Shown: piece after piece, positions 48,175 through 60,424 of the stretch
Layout of the letters: every line of letters begins with the position of its first letter
How positions within the stretch are numbered: position 1 is the stretch's first letter
NCBI RefSeq assembly: GCF_024521635.1
Contig: NW_026250416.1
Coordinates: 310,001 to 374,000 of the forward strand
DNA: 64,000 nt
Origin: Tricharina praecox
Lineage: Eukaryota
Direction of reading: 5' to 3'
The notes under the pieces: generated by a model
What the model saw: only the letters and a program-made list of their open reading frames with translations
Database searches by the model: none
What the model was told of the DNA's origin: nothing
Translations under genes and position numbers: made by a program

Positions 48175-50857
48175 ATGCATTTAGTACCCCGAGAGGTGAG
48201 CCATTCCAATTCACCCATCTTTCGAAAACCACATCAACTAACTTCACCTATAGTTAGACAAGCTCGTGATATCTCAAGTCGGATCCCTTGCCCAAAAGCG
48301 ACTTGCGCGGGGCTTAAAGCTGAACAAGACTGAAGCCACAGTTCTACTCCCCTCCTACCTCGCTCAAGACACAACACTGACCCCAGAACCAACAGGCCCT
48401 GATAGCCAATAACCTTCAAGAGCTAATCCGCGATGGCAACCACTCCGTCGCCGCCCTCCAGGCCTACGGAAAGACCATGCTCGGGCGTCGCCACGTCCTC
48501 CCTTCCGTCACCACGTTGCTCACCGAGATCCAAGTCGAGGGCACCTTCCCAGACGGGACGTATCTAGTGACCATCCACGATCCGATCAGCAGTGACGACG
48601 GCAACTTGGAGGCGGCGTTATACGGCTCCTTCCTACCGGTGCCATCAGACGACAACTTCCCGCTGCCCGAGGCGGACGTATACGAGTCCTCTCGGCAGCC
48701 CGGTGCAGTAGTGGTGGCCGAGGAGAAGGGCAAGATCACGCTCAACGCCGGCAGGAAACTGTGCCAGCTGCGGGTAACGAACAAGGGCGACAGGCCCGTG
48801 CAGATCGGCAGCCACTACCACTTCATCGAGACCAATCCGCTGCTCGAGTTCGATCGCATCCAGGCGTATGGTTACCGCCTCAACATTCCGGCGGGGACGG
48901 CGGTGCGCTTCGAGCCCGGTGATTCGAAGACGGTGACGCTGGTGGAGATTGGCGGGAGAAAGATTGTCGCTGGCGGTAATAGTCTGGCAAGCGGAGTCGT
49001 GGACCTGAACCGGGCCGAAGAGATTGTGGCGAGATTGCGTCAGGGTGGCTTTGCCCATGTCGAGGCTCCGGTGATCCCCATGGAGCAGGTGATGGCTGCC
49101 ACGATGGCACGGTCAGCGTATGCGACTATGTTTGGACCCACCACTGGGGACATCGTCAGATTGGGTGATACGGAGCTATGGATCAAAATCGAGGAGGATT
49201 ATACCATCTATGGTGATGAGTGCAAATTTGGTGGTGGTAAGACGCTGCGCGAGGGAATGGGCCAGGCGAGTGGACGAAGTGATGCGGAATGTCTTGATCT
49301 TGTCATCACGAATGCGGTGGTCGTCGACTATACCGGCATCTATAAGGCGGATATCGGTGTGAAGCATGGTCACATCGTGGGTATTGGGAAGGCGGGAAAT
49401 CCCGACATCATGGACGGAGTTACGCAAGGCATGGTTGTGGGCAGCAACACGGACGTGATTGCGGGCGAGGGAAAGATTATAACCTATGGAGCGATGGATT
49501 CACATGTATGTCCCCGACAAATCATCCAGATGCAACGCCCACCCACTAACGAGGTTTACAGGTCCATTTCATCTGCCCCCAACAAGCAGTGGAGACTCTA
49601 TCTTCCGGTGTCACAACGGTTCTGGGCGGAGGAACTGGTCCCAGCACCGGTACCAACGCGACGACATGCACGCCTTCCGCCACCTACATTCGGGGGATGA
49701 TGCAAGCCACCGATTCCATCCCTCTCAACGTCGGTATCACCGGCAAAGGCAACGACTCGGGAAAGATCGGTCTGCAAGAGCAGTGCAGGGCCGGCGTTGT
49801 AGGGCTCAAGCTTCACGAGGACTGGGGCACCACGCCTGCAGCAATCGACACATGTCTCAGCGTCTGTGACGAATTTGACGTCCAATGCCTCATCCACACG
49901 GATACCCTCAACGAGTCCGGGTTTGTCGAGCAGACCATCGGCGCGTTCAAGGGCCGCACGATCCATACGTACCACACTGAGGGAGCCGGCGGAGGCCACG
50001 CCCCAGACATCATCTCCGTGGTTGAACACCTCAATGTTCTCCCGTCCTCGACGAACCCAACCCGGCCGTTCACGATGAATACTCTGGACGAGCACCTCGA
50101 TATGCTGATGGTCTGCCACCACCTGAGCAAAAACATCCCCGAGGACGTCGCGTTTGCCGAGTCGCGCATCCGCGCGGAAACGATAGCGGCAGAGGACGTC
50201 CTGCACGATATGGGTGCGATCAGTATGATGTCGTCCGACTCGCAAGCCATGGGCCGCTGTGGCGAGGTGATTCTGCGCACCTGGAAGACCGCATCGAAGA
50301 ACAAGCAGCAGCGCGGTTCTTTGCCAGAGGACGAGGGGACCGGCGCGGACAACTTCCGTGTGCAACGGTACATCGCGAAATACACCGTCAACCCGGCCAT
50401 CGCACACGGCATGAGCCACATCATTGGCTCGATCGAGCTAGGGAAGCTGGCGGATCTCGTTGTGTGGACGCCGGCCAACTTCGGCGCGAAGCCGGACTTG
50501 GTGCTCAAGAGTGGCTTCGTGGCTTATGCGCAGATGGGAGATCCGAATGCTAGCATCCCCAGCGTCCAGCCAATCATCGGCAGGGAGATGTTTGCAGCGA
50601 GATGTTCGCCGGCGAGCGTGATTTTTGTCAGCGAGTACTCGCTGGCCCACGGAGTGGTGCAGAACTATGGCCTGTTGAAGAGACTCGAGGCGGTCAAGGG
50701 CTGTAGGAACTTGGGCAAGACGGACATGAAGCTGAATGATGCCATGCCCAGGATGAAGGTGGACCCGGAGAGTTATGTGGTCGAGGCGGATGGGGTGGTG
50801 TGCACGGCTGAGCCGAGTGACGTCTTACCCCTTACCCAGGGATACTTTTTGTTTTGA
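48175..50857 (+). CDS. URE1: Urease, single-chain gamma-beta-alpha fungal type (4 exons)
   Basis: Motifs [63 protein letters not shown] (Ni-binding HxH split by an intron), [32 protein letters not shown] and SSDSQAMGR. Confidence 0.98.
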
Positions 50858-51022
50858 GTAGGAGGAGGGGAAGGACGTTGAGCATGTTTTGGATTGCTGG
50901 AGGTTTAGCATGTTTTGAATTGCTGGAGGTTGAGCATGTTTTGGATTTCTTGATATCACACGATTGATGACTTATGACCATTTGCTTGCTGACATGCTTG
51001 TTGCCGTTGTTAGCGTAGCAAT

Positions 51023-52232
51023 TCAATATGGCTTATACCTCGACTTCTCGCTCTCCTTATCTTTCTTTTCCTTCTTGCGTTCCTTCTTCTCCTTCTTCAA
51101 TCTCCTTCGCTCCTTTTTCTCTGCAGCTGTTTCCTTCTCATTTGTTTCCATCTGGTCCGTCTCCATCTCTACATCTGTCGTGCTAGTGGTCTCTGCCGGT
51201 GGTCGCCATGCCTTGACCAGTCCGTCCTCACCGCCGGTGAATATCGTATTTGTCTACGTCTGTTAGTATTTCCGCCTTCCCCACAAGTAAAAGCAAGAAA
51301 GCAAGAAGACCCACCGTGATATCAACCAACACATCCCTACAAACCTCCGCACCATGTCCCCCGACCAGCCTATACCCACCCTCCTCCCAACGGCCCGTCT
51401 TACTCACCGGCCTCAGATCCAACCACTGTCCCTCCTTATTCCCAGCGACAACCCAGGCCCCGTCGCCTCGGGGCAGTAGGTTAACCGCGTACTCACACTC
51501 CAAGGTACTCCTCACATCGCCGAGCGCAAATGTCTCGCCCTCGCCGGCATCTCCATAGAGCGCCAACACCTCATGATGACTCAGCGCCCACAGCTCACCG
51601 CCAGGCAAGAACCCACACCTATGGACGGAGCCATGATTCAGCACGCTCTTCAGGGCGCCCTCAACCTCATCATCACCCTCGCCCTGCGCCCCCTTCGGCG
51701 CCGCAAGCGAAAAGATATTGACCAGGCCATCCGTGCCGCCCGACGCCAGCAGCGACGAGTCGCTGCTGAAACTCAGCGCCGTGACGTCGTCGTTGTGCGC
51801 CTCGCCGTACGTGCGCAGCGGCGCAGAGCCATTGCGCGGATCAAAGACGAGGACGGTGGCGGTCGATGAGGTGAGCTCCGTGCCTGCGGCGATTAGGCCG
51901 GTGGTGGAGGAGGTGAGCGAGAGGATTGGAGCCGCCGCCGAGAGGACGGTCGGTTTGCTGCTGGGCGCGCGGAGGTCGTGGAGCGTTATCTGCCCCGATT
52001 GCCCAGCGGTGAGGAGTGTGTCCGACGTGTAGGAGGAGAGAAGCGATGCTGGTGTGGATATGCTACCGGTGGATTGGAGTGTCGATGGTGAGAGCAGGTG
52101 GAGCGTGGAAAATGAGGTTAAGGCCGCGAGAATGGTACCTGTGTGCGCGAGGGAGAAGATGTAGGCTGCTTCTTCGGCGGGATAAGGTGTGAGAGATCGC
52201 GTGTGCAACGCCGAGAGAGATATGCGCGACAT
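51023..52232 (-). CDS. WD40-repeat protein (WDR89/YNL035C-like) with Lys/Glu-rich C-terminal tail, 2 exons
   Basis: Motif EAHNDDVTALSF...LLASGGTDGLVNIF, then GGHGAEVCRD. After an intron (~51254-51314) the frame reads TNTIFTGGEDGLVKAW...KKEKKDKESEKSRYKPY*. Confidence 0.85.
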
Positions 52233-52939
52233 AGCGGTGAGGATTGGCGATTATTGAAGCCTAAGATATGACGAGAGTCCTGAGGAATCGGCGGCAGTTA
52301 CGGTGGTGGAGAAATTTGGAAAGCTAAATTAACTAGGGCCGAGTCCAAATTAATCTTGGTCCGTGCGTACTGCGCAGATGCCAGATGTAGCACCCCTGCT
52401 TCGACAAGTTACAACCGCACCCAAAGATGCCCCACTGCCACTGGCGAGTGTGTAATGTACATGGTGTAATGTTCGACTAGAAAAGGCATCAGACAGCATT
52501 CGTGGAGGTCATCCTACGAAATTCCTCGATAAAACGCCACGAGAAGTACTTGGCCATGTTCAAGTGCCAGAGCAGAGAGTAATTGCTTAGCTAGATGACT
52601 AGGCGGCCATGGCTGGATATGTTTTCTTAACCCGAACTTACCCAAGACTTCGTAATGGAAACGTATTAAGCGCGAGCGTAGTAGAGCCTACTGGAACCCG
52701 CCGTGTTTACGGGTGCTGTTGGATTAGTAGCAGTCCGTTGCCCACTGTAATAGATAGTATCCCACGCAGCACGATCGAGGAACGAGTGGGGACGGTGTAG
52801 TCACTATTCTACATGCTTTATCGAATTTCAGAATTATCCCGTCCATTGATTGTCATTTTTCAGCCTTGTAGGCTTAACGGGATTACTCTAATCATGAAAA
52901 TCACTCGACTCCGAATCTGATATCCTTTGGTCGACTTTG

Positions 52940-53600
52940 ATTTAGTGGGCAGTAGAAACACGTTGTTTCCCCAACGTGAAAGCGTAAAACACAAAATACA
53001 AAATACACTAGTGTCAAAGCTCTAGCTTGCAAACCTCGCACCAAGTATAAAAACCCCCCTCCTCCCCCCTCCTCCCCTCCTTTTCCTCTTCACTTCACTT
53101 GAAGGGAGCAGAGCACAACAGCAGTGGTAAGAGGCAGTGCACAACAGCAGTGATAAGAGCAGAGCAAACAGACAGAATGCGCCCTTCCGTGGACGGGGTT
53201 TTTACCTTCGGGTTTCCTCTAAAACAAAAACATCGTCTTCCTGGCTTCACAGCGAGGGGATGAGGTTTTTGATCCACGTGTTTGGCGTATTCCGACCGAA
53301 GCCCTCGAGATCCAGCGCTATGCTCGACCCGGTACGACTGCATCAAACTTAATTCTTCCGAAGACGAGCGGGCCGGTCTCCAGAGACGAGTGAGCACCTG
53401 TGAAACCAACACAGCGTGGGAGTCTGCGAGAGCGCGGTAGGAACGGGATTTCGTAAGTGTCACTGCAGGATTAGGGGTATCTTTGTCCGGCTGTGGGCTG
53501 GTGGATGGTAGGAACGTATCGGAGGGCTTGAATATGCTCTCGGAACACATTTTTCCCCCAACGTTAAAGTATAAAACCCAAAATACACCATTTAGTGTCG
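52940..53600 (+). mobile_element. Repeat family A, about 1.1-1.2 tandem units
   Basis: CCCCAACGT(G/T)AAAG...CAAAATAC occurs at ~52970 and again at ~53556, a period of about 587 bp. The conserved core lies at 53175-53292. Confidence 0.85.
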
Positions 53601-53737
53601 AGTTGGATAGGTCGAATGCATTAGAATAGGCAGACAAGACCCCCTTCGAATGGTACATTGTCTCCGGAACAGAACGAGAGGAAAGTGATATATTCCAATC
53701 TCCGCAATCACAGCTACACCATGCAGTACACTACCCG

Positions 53738-55428
53738 CTACAGCGGCTTCCTCCCCACGACATGATATCTACCGCCATCAGTAAGTGGTCGCGGCAACAG
53801 GACGGATGGCGTTGCTACTCACACAAAGTTATACAAATTCATCGACCGATTTGCAACTATAGACATGAATGCCTCGTCACAGAGCGCAGTTGCTTGCTCA
53901 CTCGACATATCGCCGTATCGTGTGAACAGGGCGAGACAGAATGATAATATTGCGTTCCTCGAGTTTGAAAGCATGTATGCCCCAACTGATTTTCCAGGTT
54001 AGCTAAGAGTAACTACAGCGAGGGTGGAAGGGACAAACCTTTCTTCAAGCGAGGACTCCCCGGCCACGGAGTCCATGGCTGCTTGATCGCGAAGACCTGT
54101 GATGGCGATATTCATATCAGTGACCCAGCTATAATGTGGCCCATATTTTGGTAATCTCACCTTTACATCCACGAACCCAGCCATCTCCAAATCCCTAACC
54201 AGTTCCATCCCATTATCGTTGCCAAGCACTTTAAACCCGGCGCCCTTCGTTATTGATCTCCACAGATCGAAAACCCTTCTTATCCCCGAATCCAGTGGGA
54301 TCGAATCGTCATCACTTGCTATGTCGCTTGACATCTCGATTATTTCCACGTAGCCACCGGGTCTGATATGTTCGTGCATTTGCCGTAGGTAACGAGGCCA
54401 GTCCCGGATTGATGGGATGAGGATTCGGCTGTGGATGTAGTCGAAGGAATCCTATATACGGGGGTTCGGTGAGATATGGTCTTCATGATGGTACCAAGTA
54501 TGGTATTGACTAACCTTCTCGAAGACCCAGTCCAATTCCACATCATCAACTTTTCATATCAGTAAACCGGTTCATTCTCACCCTAGCCAACCAACAGCTC
54601 TAAATGTTTATACCTTCAAACCTGCAATTCGGATGGGAGCTAAAGCACCACCGTCAACATGTTCCACCTCAACCAGCAAATACAGAAGCAACCCACTTTG
54701 CCCACGGAACCGGACTAAGGTCGGTCCCGATGACCTCCGCCTCGGGGTATCGATCCGCCATATCAATAGCCCAGACTCCCGTTCCCGTACCAATATCCAG
54801 TATCCTCTGCGGCTCGATAAGCGGAGCCATATGTAGCCGCCCATTCAACAGGAGAGTGAAGATTGCGTGGTGGATGTCTAAACGGTCGAGCTCGAGCTAA
54901 ACAACACATCAGCGGATGAACAGGCGCCGGAACTACCCGTTATCACTACCTAGGTATGTACTAACCTCGTCGTTTGGTAGGAGGTATTTCCCTTCCTAAT
55001 GCGTGCGTTAATACTGTCAACCCATGGCTACCTATGTACAGGCTAGGTGGTGGGCGTACTGAATATCTATGATACCGCCGTCCATTCTCGACCACAGCGT
55101 CATAGACAGACATCATACTGGGCGTGTCCTCGCTTTGGTTTGCCAGAACAATCAGGATTAATGCATTCTGACTGCCACCACCGCGAACTCACATAGACGA
55201 GCTATAATCCGAATCGCAGCTACTTTGCTGAACAGGGGAACGGCGCGCCAGTCAGCAACTCCAGTCGCAAAGGAGTGAAGGGTCTTGGCTCCGGATACTC
55301 ACATAGGCCTCATCAACATATGGGTCGTCCTCATATGACTCGTTCACATATATCTCTGAGTCCACACATGAGTCGTCCGTTTTTGGCTCGCCGGTAGAGA
55401 GACCATTGGTCATTTGGTTGCTGGCCAT
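53738..55428 (-). CDS. LaeA-like SAM-dependent methyltransferase, 11 exons, apparently intact
   Basis: Spliced reading: ENGRRYHRYS/EGKYLLPNDE/LELDRLDIHH...RILDIGTGTGVWAIDMADRYPEAEVIGTDLSP.../PNCRFEV/DDVELDW/DSFDYIHSR...IRPGGYVE...AGFVDVK/...PWTPWP.../YHVVGRKPL*. All ten introns are GT-AG with consistent phases. Confidence 0.88.
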
Positions 55429-56538
55429 TGCTTTTCGGTAGCGGTGATGGTGGTGGTAATGGTGGTGGTGACCGTTGTGGTGGTGATATTGGTGGTGGTA
55501 GTGATGATGGTGATGGTGGTGTTGGCGGTAATGGTTGAACTCGGGTATGGTATGTACCTATGCAGGAATGTTAGATGACAATAGGCAACATATTCTCTCC
55601 GAAGATTTAAACCCAACTGGATGGTAAGATAGAGTGTGTGACGTCCACTCCCGGAGAGCTCAAACAACTGCATGTAGGTAGGGAAACTAGGTTTTGGGGA
55701 TTCTCATGATTTAAATGGGGAGGCTGGAGGTAGGTAGGAAAGCTCACAATTGGATGGCGACCTTCCTCCTCTCACCGATTCATTCATCAATCCCATCAAC
55801 AGTCCGGACGACTTTCCCATCCACGCAAACATCCGCCAGAAAGGGGCAGTCAGCCGGCTTCCAGTTCTAGGCTCAGACTAGGGAATCTCGTAGGACGCGC
55901 CGCGCGCCCACATATCTGTTAAATATTGCGATATGTGGAGTACCTATACCTTGCAGATTGCCTGTCTCTCGCTCGACTATGTATTGAGCGGCTCGTTACC
56001 ACAAGCGCCGGCCCCACACATTCACCCTCGCTTAGCCCTGGTGAAGAATCCCCGAAGACGATGATCGGTGGCTTTTTTGTGTTTTTTATGTTCCCCCGAG
56101 ACAGGGTGGAGGCCGAATTCTCTTGCCGTATTGATGTTTCAAAATTCAGCGTAGCTTCGGATCGGATCCCGCGGCATATGGGATACGAGTTTACTCTGCC
56201 TGAAATCCTAATACGAAGGGCGTAAATGGTGTCTCAGGAGGCGTCTGCCGTCCAGCTGCATACCGTATGTATGTACGTACACACGGACATCCTAATCCTG
56301 CTAATGCATTATGTAAGTACATATCTACAGCACTCCAATGCTCATCTCGCTCCTCCATTCTGTTCGTATTTACTTTTGCGCTGCGAGAGATGAGACATCG
56401 GGCAGAATTTCCGACCACGTACCTATGCGGGGCGGAAATCGCGTTTGAAAAATCAATAGATATATAAAAAAATGTCTTTGCTTCATCATTCTATATTCGA
56501 CGGGATCGCCACGGCAGTTCGAGTACTCTATGTACGCA

Positions 56539-56625
56539 CAGACACCGTCCACGTTGATCTTTTCGCCATAGTCTAGATAGGCTACATGTGAAATAAACTG
56601 AAGATCACTCTCAGACACAGTCCAC
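56539..56625 (+). mobile_element. Family C retroelement 3' end (insert 56553-56611), older copy
   Basis: Direct repeat CAGACACCGTCCAC (56539-56552) and CAGACACAGTCCAC (56612-56625), with one mismatch. The body reads CGCCATAGTCTAGATAGGCTACATGTGAAATAAACTGAAGATCACTCT. Confidence 0.78.
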
Positions 56626-58553
56626 CTTTAAAACTACCAGGATCTACCTAGTGTCGTATTCATTGATAATTAAATAACAATTTAGAATTGCAACGTTCTG
56701 ACCGTCACGGTGTGGTCTCACCATCTGCGGTGCATACTTACCAAGGGAGTACGGAGGCGATCAATGGCCCGCTACCCCTACTTATAGATATATGTACCGG
56801 CCCCGTATTCCATCGCCACGTTCCTCGGCCCGTCTACAGTAGGCTACCGGTTGAATTTGGACTGTCCACTCTATCCTATCTTACTTTTGGCTTACCTCAG
56901 TGATATATCAATGAGCGCTCGTCATAAGAATGTGCTCGATTCCGGCGAGTTTAAATTGGTGATCGACGGCCCCATATGTTTAAGCAGCCCGCGTTCTAGA
57001 AGCCGGACCCAGAGATAGCCTACCCCTTGTTTTCATATACGGCTTGCGGGTATAACGGCGGGTTACAGCCTCGGAAAGTCTTCGATACCCTGAGAGTCTG
57101 GACCTGGCCTGCCCTGGCCGAAGAGGGTGAGCACGTAGGACGGTACAAATATAGTGGGTCGAGACAGGTACCCGCATTGCGTGGGTGCTGTGGGGTAGAT
57201 TGTGGGGAAGGGAATGGACATATCATATATCTAAACCATGTTGCGGATCCCATGACATTTGATGTACTCCACTTCCCGGTACAACAAACGGGATTTGTTG
57301 CGCAGCGGGAGCGGGACGGGTCGGGATCTTCCCCCCGGGGAAGATGGAACAAACGCACGAGCCAGCGGTACATACCTACAACACCGTGGATAAATCCGGC
57401 GTGCACCGCAATTCACTCCACCGACGGGCTCTCTCCTTCATCTTCGAGTTGAGTTGATGAACGAGGCATCGAGGCATGCGTCGGACGACAAGCCCCCGTT
57501 TTTTGTGACGCTTACCTAAGTAGGTACGAAGTCGTCGAGGGGCGGCCGGCGCAGCTGATATTGACGGATCCGACCGCGGGGGTGCTGCGGGAACTCGGAC
57601 CCAAGGTGCCAGCCGCGCCCAGGAGGGGGTGTATGTAGGTATGTACGAGAACCGGACCCAGTCATGGACATCTACCGTACCATCTCTGCCAAACGGCCAC
57701 CTACGCAATGGCGGTGTCACGGTGGAGCTGTACAATTATATATCAATAACGGCCAGGCCGTGTGTGCGAGTGATCAGCTGTATGGCCATGGGCGGCTGCC
57801 GAGGTTTATAGCACTCTAGAGAGCCGTCTTTAGCTACCTATTGGCGAGGGCCGATGTTGCACATCTCCGATGCCGGTGTGTGTACTTGTAGGAGGTTTCG
57901 GGATAATCAAGCCCGGGAATTAAACGTTTTCATGCGATCGGTTACTACAAAAGTGTCCGCAGTTGATACATGCTGGCGTTAGGATATGCATCCTATTACC
58001 TATGGTGAGTTGAGGCTACCCGGAGGTAGTGGGCAAGACCCGGAGATCTACTCTAATGGAGGTGGAGGGAGGAGGTCGGTCATGGAATCTCACTCGTCCC
58101 AAAGCCTAGAGCATCGTTGGGTGTAATCTACTGAGCGTGAGGAGTTGCAGAATCCGGGGCGATCGAGCGCAAGTGCAACCATTTATGCCATAAGCATTAG
58201 AAACCATATTTGTATACTTAATGTATTGTCTGTCTAAAGTACGTACACACCCAGGCGGCCAGGCCTCATCTAAGTGGTACATGTGCAACAGGCAAGTACT
58301 GTAGTAGTACACCCAACGTGTAATCCATTCCAGTAAGAGAAGAAAAAAATCATACCCACAATGCAAGCCGAAAAAATAGCAACAAATGAACGCCAACACC
58401 GCATTTAAGAACCCCCTCCCTCACTGCTAATCAATGTATCCTATCCCAAACAAAACAAACCGACGAAATGACGAAACGACTAAAAGACGACCATGAGAAA
58501 AGGGGGGGGGGGGCAAGAAAGAGTAAAAGCATTTCATTTATAACGGAATTGAT

Positions 58554-60424
58554 TCACTCCTCCTCGGCGGCCTCGAGTTTCTCCTTTTCCAGGAGTTCCT
58601 TCATGCGCTCGAATATGGTGCTCTCAGGTAGGACACCGAGGTCTTTGTCGAAGACGGGACCGATGGTGTCGACCCAGCGCCTGCGCCGCTCCATCAGTAG
58701 ACGCGCCTGCTCGCCGATTCCAACGTGTGCGCGCGCCACGCCGACGCCGTTGGGGACATTCTTCTTCTTCTTGCTGGCCTTCATATTGCGGCTGCGCTTA
58801 GCAAACGCTTGTTCGACCTAGTTGTGACAGTCAGTACCATGACCATGATGAATACGGTTGTAGATGCACGTACCTGTTTATCAAGATCCTCGAGAATGGT
58901 GACGTATTCCTGGTAGGCGAGCTGCTCCTTCAATTGCTCGGCGATGCGTGTCTTGCGCGCACCGTTGAGAATCGCCTGTTCTTTCAGCTGCTTCTGCAGT
59001 TGACGCAGCCGCGCGGAAACCTCGTCGTCCTGCCTGTTGTCGTAGTCTAGTTCCTGACTCGGATCCAGCAATCCGACGTAGACCATTTCGCGGCGGACAC
59101 GCTCGTCCAGCGTGGAATAGTCTGACTTGCCGGTCGGAATCTTCCAGTTCACTTCCCCACTATTATGGAGTGAAGCGGCAAACGACTTGGGCACTGGCGT
59201 GGTGTCGCCGCTGTCGTCCTCGGGCTCTTCAGGTATATATAGAGAGAGAAGACGGGCAAGGAGAGGACCACATGAGACCTCCTCTTTGTCGAACTGCTCG
59301 TCTGAGAGATCTTCCGGCTTTCCACGCGGTGCGTTGGCGGACTTATTGGAGCTGCTATTCGTCGGGGGCGCCGGAGACGCAAACGAAGGACCTGCTCCAT
59401 CTTCCTCCGCCCACTGCTCCGAGTAGTGCTTTCCGAGCTTCGGGATGATGTAGGGTTGAAGGCGATCGCCACGCTCACGCAGGAATGCCAGATCCTCTTC
59501 AGAGAACGGACGGAAGTATGGTTCGATGTATGCGTTGAAGGTGGTGATTCCGACCTGGTTCGTGGGTTTGGCTTTTGAGAAGTCTTCGTCAGGTGGGTAG
59601 CCGGGGATGAGCTTTGAGAGGTCGTCTTCGGGGAAGCGAGCGACGGCAAAGGCTTTCGCCTTCTCCGCATATGGCGTCTTGTCAGTAACTGTCGCAATCT
59701 CGTATATGGCCGGATCGTCATCGAGAGGTTCAAAGACAACAAACGGCGCAGCCTGAGTGGGTTGATGCTCGGCCTCCGACTCTTCGGAGTCGTCTCGTTT
59801 GATCTCGGGGCTGCTGCTGAGCTTCTTCTTCTTCTCTGCTGTGTTCACCGTCAGCTCAAAACCACCACTGCCGCTGCCGCCGGGATCATAATGAGACAAA
59901 CCACGATCATTGGGACCTTGACCAGTCACCTGATGCGCGCCCACCGCCAGCGGCCTCTTATGCTCTGGTTCTGCCTTGCGCTTCTTAAGCTTGATCTTCT
60001 CTTTCTTCTCGGCATCCTCGACAGCCTTGCGCTCGCTCTCCCTCTCGGCCAACTCTGCCTTCTCCCTCGCCGCACGTTCCTCACGGCGAGCCTTCATTGC
60101 AAACAGCGCTTTCTTAGAGCTCTGCAACCGCTCGGTAGCAAAGTCCTTGAGCACGCCGAGCTCCTGACGCAGTGCGACGAGCGTTCCGGAGTTCGGGATG
60201 CTGGGGTTCTCCGAGAGATTGAGGCGTTCAAAGAGATCGTCGTATGTGCGGCGCGACGAGAAAGACGTAGAAGACGGTACCGGGAATTCGCTGCTGATAG
60301 TATCGCCAGAAAACGCTGAACCCGATGCGGGCGTCGTGTTGCGACTGAGTGAGCGCCGACCTTGCGCGTTCATTCCACCGCCCCCTCGCGACTTTCCTTT
60401 ACCCTTAGCACCTTTGGCCGACAT
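58554..60424 (-). CDS. NGG1: SAGA/ADA histone acetyltransferase subunit Ada3/Ngg1 (3 exons)
   Basis: Motifs PPDEDFSKAKPTNQV, FNAYIEPYFRPFSEEDLAFLRERGD, IPKLGKHYSEQWAEED, CGPLLARLLS, DDEVSARLRQLQ and LAYQEYVTILEDLDKQ; introns at 59839-59901 and ~58818-58873. Confidence 0.93.

Noticed and set aside
49598-50508. Long minus-strand ORFs inside urease (and similar ones inside MCR1, NPR2, ADA3 and the RING gene)
   Set aside because: They are antisense frames kept open by codon bias of the real genes.
53350-53410. Hammerhead ribozyme core in repeat A (CCGAAGA...GAAAC)
   Set aside because: It does not match CUGANGA, the stems cannot be built, and the motif is not conserved in the other copies.
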